Below are positions 50,649 to 64,000 of a DNA stretch of 64,000 nt, piece after piece. This stretch comes from Eledone cirrhosa. Taxonomy: Eukaryota. The DNA lies in NCBI GenBank assembly GCA_964016885.1, contig CAXHJY010000426.1, positions 12,531-76,530 of the forward strand, written 5' to 3'. A program made the position numbers and the translations under genes. The stretch's first letter is position 1. Each line of letters starts with the position of its first letter. The notes beneath the pieces are model-generated. The model was not told the origin of the DNA. It searched no databases and saw only the letters and a program-made list of their open reading frames with translations.

Positions 50649-50713
50649 TATTTTATCTGATGAAAGCACACCATAGTTTAACTTGGTGTCCTTGAAATAT
50701 GTATAATGAAATA
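50649..50713 (+). ncRNA. Type I hammerhead ribozyme, second diverged pLTR copy
   Basis: tattttat-CTGATGA-aag c acacca..tggtgt c ctt-GAAA-tatgta-TA^-atgaaata; 50603-50760 repeats 49640-49795. Confidence 0.78.
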
Positions 50714-50900
50714 AATATGGTTTTATAAATGTAGTTTCCATAGTTTTAATATCGTATATATATACATATATATTTATATATATATATATTAATATATATA
50801 GTAATAATAATAAAATTGAAGACTAAAATCCAAAGAGGGCTTGATAAGGAAAATATATATCAAATATATAAGAACCGTAGAGCAAATATTTATTAAAATA

Positions 50901-50976
50901 ACAGATTAAAGTTTAAGCAAAGAATCGCTGCTTTCACCCTTAACGGGATCTTCTGAAACTAACAAAGTCAATCTGT
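50901..50976 (-). ncRNA. Hammerhead ribozyme, CAGAAGA core variant
   Basis: Reverse complement of 51661-51735. Confidence 0.68.
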
Positions 50977-51660
50977 AAACGCAGAACTGGATATTTCAAA
51001 AAACGTTGCAACCGGAGGAAGACAGGAAGACGATACTTTGGTTCATGGTAACGTTCGCTGGCAAAGAACGGGAAAAAACGAATAATACGTCATTAATAGG
51101 AGCGGTGAAAAACAATTACGCGCAAAGACAAAACCACGTTTATGGTATAAAAGAGGTCGTAGACTAATGTTCTCTTAGGTGGTGCATAGAGACGTTCTCT
51201 GGCAATGAACGAAAAAACAAAGATAATAAGTCATATGTGGAGCATGGAGAACAATAGCACGCAAAGACAAAACCGCGTAAATGGTATAGCAGAAGTCGTA
51301 GACTAAAATTCTAACTAGGAGACCAAATGAATCTCCGCTACAGAGTTAAGAACAAAGTAAATAAATACAATACAGAAGTAATAGAAACAAATAAATACAT
51401 ACACACACACAAACAGACACGTACATACACAAGCATAGCGGAGATTCATTTGGTCTCCTAGTTAGAATATTAGTCTACGATTTCTGCTATACCATTTACG
51501 TGGTTTTGTCTTTGCGCGTAATTGTTTTTCACCGCTCCTATTAATGACGCATTATTCGTTTTTTCCCGTTCTTTGCCAGCGAACGTTACCACGAACCAAA
51601 GTATCGTCTTCCTGTCTACCTCCGGATGCAACGTTTTTTGAAATATCCAGTTCTGCGTTT

Positions 51661-51735
51661 ACAGATTGACTTTGTTAGTTTCAGAAGATCCCGTTAAGGG
51701 TGAAAGCAGCGATTCTTGCTTAAACTTTAATCTGT
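51661..51735 (+). ncRNA. Hammerhead ribozyme, CAGAAGA core variant
   Basis: acagattga..agttt-CAGAAGA-t ccc gttaa ggg t-GAAA-gca gcgattct tgc-TT^-aaact-ttaatctgt. Confidence 0.68.
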
Positions 51736-51775
51736 TATTTTAATAAATATAAATATATATATATACATATATATA

Positions 51776-51826
<51 letters not shown>

Positions 51827-51999
51827 ATAAATATATATATATACATATAAATTAATATGTATGTGATGAAACACAGATACCAACACATCTGTATATATAT
51901 ACATATATATATATTTATATATATATATACATATATATTTATATAATATATATACATATATATAATATATATATTTATATATATACATATATTTATATA

Positions 52000-52763
52000 T
52001 GAAAGGCAGGCTGTATGATGCCTGCATACGAACAGCAATGTTACATGGCAGTTAGACCTGAACATTGTGTGCAGAGGATATACGCAGACAAGAGAGAAAC
52101 GAAGCTTGCATGCTCCGCTGGATGTGCAATAGTAATATACGTGAACGGCAAAGCATAAACGAACTAAGGGAGAAATTAGGAATAAGAGGGATCAGATGTT
52201 GTTTACTCGAGAGAAGACTACGTTGGTATGGTCACGTGATGCGCATGAAAGACGACAGCTGTATAAAAAAGTGCAGGGCGATAAAAATAGACGGTAGCCA
52301 AGGAGTAGGCAGACCCAGAAAAACCTGGGACGACTTGATAAATTCCGACCTCACACACTTACATCTCTCCAAGACAATGTCACTGGACCGAGATCTTTGG
52401 TGCTACACAGTCATACAGAAGACCCGCCTTGTCTAAGTACAAAGCGAAACCTACAGTCAGTAGGCACCTCTAACAAAATTCCCCCACACCCTCCCACTGC
52501 AAGGTGGTCGTGGAGGTGCCACGGCAAAAAAGCACCCAGCCCACACTGTAAAGTGGATGTGTAGGCGCCACGAAAAAGCACCCAGCACTCACTGTAAATG
52601 AGGTTGGTGTTAGGAAGGGCATCCAGCTGCAGAAATCAAGCCAAATCAGTTCCTGTATGAGCAAGGCATGGTCAGCCGACCAGACACTGCCCACAACAGG
52701 ACAACCCGTCTAACCCATGCTAGCGTGGAAGAACGGACGTAAAACGGTGATGATGATGATGAT
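52000..52763 (+). mobile_element. RTE LINE family B, 3' fragment
   Basis: [27 protein letters not shown]; UTR and (GAT)n tail. Confidence 0.92.
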
Positions 52764-52984
52764 ATATATATATATATACATATATATTTATATATATATA
52801 TATATACATATATATTTATATATATATATATATACATATGTATTTATATATATACACATATATATTTATATATATATATATACATATATATTTATATATA
52901 TACACATATATATTTATATATATATATATATACATATATATTTATATATATACACATATATATTTATATATATATATACATATA

Positions 52985-53024
<40 letters not shown>

Positions 53025-53678
53025 CATATATATTTATATATATATATACATATATTTATATACATATATATTTATATATATATATTTATATACATAGTAT
53101 TAGTTATACTATTTATTGTTATGTAAACACAAAACCTTAAGCAGTTGTAAGTATTTTACACACACCCTAAAAAGTGGTAGGCAGTAATGTATTACTACCT
53201 ATATATATATATATTTATATATATATACATATATATTTATATATATATACATATATATTTATATACATATATATTTATATACATATATATTTATATATAT
53301 ATATTTATATATATTTATATACATATATATTTATATATATAGGGTGTGTGTATTTTACACACACCCTAAAAAGTGGTAGGCAGTAATGTATTACTACCTA
53401 TATACATATATATTTATATATATATACATATATATTTATATATATATACATATATATTTATATACATATATATTTATATACATATATATTTATATATATA
53501 TATTTATATATATTTATATACATATATATTTATATATATATACATATATATTTATATACATATATATTTATATACATATATATTTATATACATATATATT
53601 TATATACATATATATTTATATATATATATTTATATATATATATACATATATATTTATATATATATATACATATATATT

Positions 53679-53771
<93 letters not shown>

Positions 53772-53819
53772 ATATTTATATATATTTATATATATATATA
53801 TATATATACATATATAGAT

Positions 53820-54124
53820 GGAGACACATGGCTTAGTGGTTAGAGCATTCGCCTTGCAATCGAAAGGTTGTGAGTTCAATTCTCAGACCGGGTGATGTGT
53901 TGTTTCCTTGAGCAAGACACTTTATTTCACATTTACTCAGCTGTAGATATGGGGTCCATATCATTCCACTGCAAAGTGGTCGTGGAGGTGCCACGCACTC
54001 ACTGTAAATGAGGTTGGTGTTAGGAAGGGCATCCAGCTGTAGAAATCAAGCCAGCATCAGTTCCCGTCCCACCCTTGCAAGCAGGGAAAAGTGGACGTAA
54101 AATGAAATGATGATGAAATGATGA
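53820..54124 (+). mobile_element. tRNA-derived SINE, family 1 (internal deletions)
   Basis: A box 53829-53839, B box 53872-53882, RTE-A tail. Confidence 0.9.
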
Positions 54125-54126
54125 TT

Positions 54127-54159
<33 letters not shown>

Positions 54160-54366
54160 ATATATACACATATATATATATATACACATATATATTTATA
54201 TATATCATATATATATATATATATATATACATATATATACATACATATATATACATATATATATATACATATATATATATACATATATATATACATATAT
54301 ATATACATATATATACATATATATATACATATATATATACATATATATATATACATATATATATAC

Positions 54367-54401
<35 letters not shown>

Positions 54402-54430
54402 CATACATATATATATATACATATATATAC

Positions 54431-54467
<37 letters not shown>

Positions 54468-54520
54468 CATATATATACATATATATACATACATATACAT
54501 ACATATATATACATACATAT

Positions 54521-54867
54521 ATCATCATCATCATCATCATTTCATTTTACGTCCGCTTTTCCCTGCTTGCAAGGGTGGGACGGGAACTGATTCTGGCTTG
54601 ATTTCTACAGCTGGATGCCCTTCCTAACACCAACCCCATTTACAGTGAGTGCTGGGTGATTTTTTGCCGTGGCACCTCCACGACCACTTTGCAGTGGAAT
54701 GATAGGGACCCCAGTCCCTATCATCTCATTTCTACAGCTGAGTAAACTGGAGCAATGTGAAATAAAGTGTCTTGCTCAAGGAAACAACACATCACCCGGT
54801 CTGAGAATTGAACTCACAACCTTTCGATTGCAAGGCCAATGCTCTAACCACTAAGCCATGTGCCTCC
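54521..54867 (-). mobile_element. tRNA-derived SINE, family 1
   Basis: Same head, core and RTE-A tail as the other family 1 copies. Confidence 0.9.
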
Positions 54868-54932
54868 ATATATATACATACATATATAATATACATATAT
54901 ATATATATACATATATATATATACATATATAT

Positions 54933-54965
<33 letters not shown>

Positions 54966-55017
54966 TATATATATACATATATATATATATGTATATATAT
55001 ATATATGTATATATATA

Positions 55018-55050
<33 letters not shown>

Positions 55051-55085
55051 ATATATATGTATATATATATATGTATATATATATG

Positions 55086-55208
<123 letters not shown>

Positions 55209-55209
55209 G

Positions 55210-55289
<80 letters not shown>

Positions 55290-55330
55290 CATATATATAT
55301 ACATATATATATATATACATATATATATAC

Positions 55331-55361
<31 letters not shown>

Positions 55362-55362
55362 C

Positions 55363-55393
<31 letters not shown>

Positions 55394-55455
55394 CATATAT
55401 ATATACATATATACATATATATACATATATATACATATATATATATACATATATA

Positions 55456-57680
55456 CTCTTTTACTCTTTTACCTGTTTCAGCCATCCGGCTGAGGCCATG
55501 CTGGGGCACCGCCCTTTTTGCTACACATTTTATCTCCAGCCTGTATAGGTTGGCCACTGGTGTAGGAGGGAGTTTGTTGCTGCTGCCCTTAGGTTTCCCT
55601 CGTGTCTTGCTGTGGGCTCATCCGGGATCCTGGATAACAAGGTGTCGAGATGTTTCTTAAAGACATCCACCTCCACGTCATGCAAGTCTCGCAGATGCCT
55701 CGGCAGCCTGTTGAAGAGTTGAGGGCCCTTGAATCCCAGGCTATTGCAATACCTGCTCCTTATTCTAGATGTGGAAGACGGGACCTTTGGCACCACACAG
55801 TGACGTCCTGTTCGACGGTTGGTCCAGCTCCCAATGCCAAAGTTTGGTGCTAGTCCCTCCAGGATTTTCCACATGTAGATCACTGCGTATCTCTCCCGTC
55901 TTCGCTCCAAGGAGTAGAGGTTCAGTTCCTTCAGCCTCTCCCAGTAGCTTGTCTCCCTCATCTTGGCAATCCTCTTGGTGTAGCTTCGCTGGATTGCCTC
56001 AAGCTCTGTGGTTAGTTTGACACTATGGGGTGACCACAGCTGGGAGCAGTAGTCCAGGCGGCTTAGGACAAAAGTCCTCCACAGTGTCAACATGGTGTCT
56101 CGATCTCTTGTAAGGAAAGTCCTCAAGATCCAGCCAGCGAATCGTCTACATGCTGTCGCCACCTTCATGATGTGTGAAGAAAAAGATGCATCATCGCTCA
56201 TGTCTATGCCCAGGTCTCGTATCGATTTTGACACGGGGATATCGGTCCCTCCTGGTCCTGTGTAGCTGTGTTCCGCTATATTTGTGTTTGTGTTTGCAGG
56301 TTTGTATTGTAGGGCTTGGAATTTGCCAGCATTAAACTGCATGTTGTTTTCTTCCGCCCATCTGTATATGGCATCCAGATCCTGCTGTAAGAGGGCAGCG
56401 TCAGCCGGGTTTTTGATTGCCTGTGCTACCTTAGTGTCATCAGCATAGCTAGTGAGGGATGTTGTTGCATGCACCACAGAGGGCATGTCCGAGAGAGCCA
56501 CCAAAAACAGTAGTGGTCCCAGGACTGTCCCCTGAGGCACCCCACTTGTTATCGGTGTTTCCCTCGAGAGGGCCCCATTTGCTGCGACTGCCTGGCTTCT
56601 GTCCCTCAGGAAGCCATGCAGCCACTCACCTACTTTTCCAGTTATGCCGAGTCCGTGTAGTTTGTGACATATCATTCCGTGGTCGACCTTGTCAAAGGCC
56701 TTCGCAAAGTCAAGATATATCACGTCTACATGTGAGCTGTCTAGTAGCTGTCTCAGTACCCAGTCGTAGTGATGTAGCAGCTGTGTAAGGCAGCTTCTTC
56801 CTGGGCGGAAGCCATGTTGCGTGCTAGTCAGGCGGTCATTTTCTTCGAGGAAAGTGATTAGTTTCTTTCTGACGACTCGCTCCATGACCTTACTGATATG
56901 CGACGTCAGGGAGACTGGCCTATAGTTCTTGGCCTCCGCTCTACTACCTCCTTTATGGATAGGGCATATTGTGCCTTCTTTCAGCTCCCTGGGTAGTACA
57001 CCGCTAGCCAAGGAGCTTCTGAAGAGCATCTTCAGTGGAGTTGCTAAGGCCCGCTTACATATTTTTAGGAGAACTGCTGGGAATCCATCAGGTCCAGCAG
57101 CCGAGTCTGTTCTAATTTCATCAATGGCGTACACCACATCCTCCTCCGTTATGTCGATGTGGTTGATGGTTGCCATTTCTTGATGTAGTGTTGTGGCATC
57201 AAAGAACTCCTCTGGCTTCGTTATTTGCATGTGCCTCAGTGGACATGTGAAGACACTTTTGTACTGTTCGTTCAGTATTTCACATATCTCTTGGGGATTT
57301 TCGGTTAATGAACCGTCCGTGTGGAAGAGTGGTCCAATCTTGCAGTGTACTGAGGCAGTTTCTTTTGCAAATTTAAAGAAGGCCTTAGGGTTTGTTTTAA
57401 TGTTTTCTATGGCCCTGTTCTCTTTCCTTGCCGTCTCATTCTCATGTGAAAGCTGGAGTGCAATCTCGGTGTCAAGTAGTGCACGTTTCAAATAGGATTC
57501 CTTCTTGTTTTGGTTTTGACTATTCAACTGGTTTGAGAGTTTAGTTCTACGTCTCATAAGGATTTTCCTATCTCTGGGAATAAGATTTTTGTGTCTGTTT
57601 GCCTCTTTCTCCGGGACACACTTTTTGCATATGGTGTGTATCGTTGTCATGAAGTGTTGAAATTGTCATGAAGTGTTGAA
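55456..57680 (-). mobile_element. CR1-group LINE, 5'-truncated, intact RT frame, (GTAAAAGA)n tail
   Basis: 706-aa open frame, short 3' UTR with octamer tail, TA arrays on both sides. Confidence 0.93.
55530..57650 (-). CDS. CR1-type ORF2 reverse transcriptase (5'-partial, no endonuclease)
   Basis: [75 protein letters not shown]. Confidence 0.93.
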   Translation of the reverse strand: MTTIHTICKKCVPEKEANRHKNLIPRDRKILMRRRTKLSNQLNSQNQNKKESYLKRALLDTEIALQLSHENETARKENRAIENIKTNPKAFFKFAKETASVHCKIGPLFHTDGSLTENPQEICEILNEQYKSVFTCPLRHMQITKPEEFFDATTLHQEMATINHIDITEEDVVYAIDEIRTDSAAGPDGFPAVLLKICKRALATPLKMLFRSSLASGVLPRELKEGTICPIHKGGSRAEAKNYRPVSLTSHISKVMERVVRKKLITFLEENDRLTSTQHGFRPGRSCLTQLLHHYDWVLRQLLDSSHVDVIYLDFAKAFDKVDHGMICHKLHGLGITGKVGEWLHGFLRDRSQAVAANGALSRETPITSGVPQGTVLGPLLFLVALSDMPSVVHATTSLTSYADDTKVAQAIKNPADAALLQQDLDAIYRWAEENNMQFNAGKFQALQYKPANTNTNIAEHSYTGPGGTDIPVSKSIRDLGIDMSDDASFSSHIMKVATACRRFAGWILRTFLTRDRDTMLTLWRTFVLSRLDYCSQLWSPHSVKLTTELEAIQRSYTKRIAKMRETSYWERLKELNLYSLERRRERYAVIYMWKILEGLAPNFGIGSWTNRRTGRHCVVPKVPSSTSRIRSRYCNSLGFKGPQLFNRLPRHLRDLHDVEVDVFKKHLDTLLSRIPDEPTARHEGNLRAAATNSLLHQWPTYTGWR

Positions 57681-64000
<6,320 letters not shown>

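Larger units (their letters stand above)
50886..51750. repeat. Long inverted repeat of a PLE-type pLTR (arms 50886-51340 and 51436-51750)
   Basis: Arms are reverse complements. The left arm has an extra ~140-bp internal repeat unit. Each arm ends in an HHR. Confidence 0.9.

Noticed and set aside
53820-53890. tRNA gene
   Set aside because: It is a SINE head with A and B boxes, followed by core and LINE tail; no proper cloverleaf.

Overview
AT-rich, repeat-saturated animal genomic DNA. The SINE and RTE repertoire, (GAT)n tails and large (TA)n arrays resemble an octopod cephalopod, but that assignment is an inference. No bacterial genes, rRNA, true tRNA or CRISPR are present. The window holds many RTE-clade LINE copies (one nearly full-length with an intact ORF containing a PHD-type finger), a 5'-truncated CR1-group LINE, a decayed DD37D (maT) Tc1/mariner transposon, two tRNA-derived SINE families and four large minisatellites (82, 48, 95 and ~67 bp units). 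It also holds four Penelope-like element (PLE) ORF remnants: three Naiad-type and one probably Neptune-type. The most notable layer is non-coding: nine type I hammerhead ribozyme (HHR) motifs that fold completely by eye, plus several decayed or half copies, from about six sequence families. These include a ~420-nt retrozyme-like element, an HHR with a large branched stem II, a family with a fixed CAGAAGA core variant, and fold-back palindromes centred on HHR stem II. A putative minus-strand host transcription unit also appears: CCAAT-box promoter and non-coding exon near 26.1 kb, a strong recursive-splice-like AG|GTGAGT site at 15.16 kb, and a candidate ATG exon near 1.5 kb. Most short ORFs in the supplied track are microsatellite, tandem-repeat or antisense artefacts. 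All alignments and folds were done by eye.
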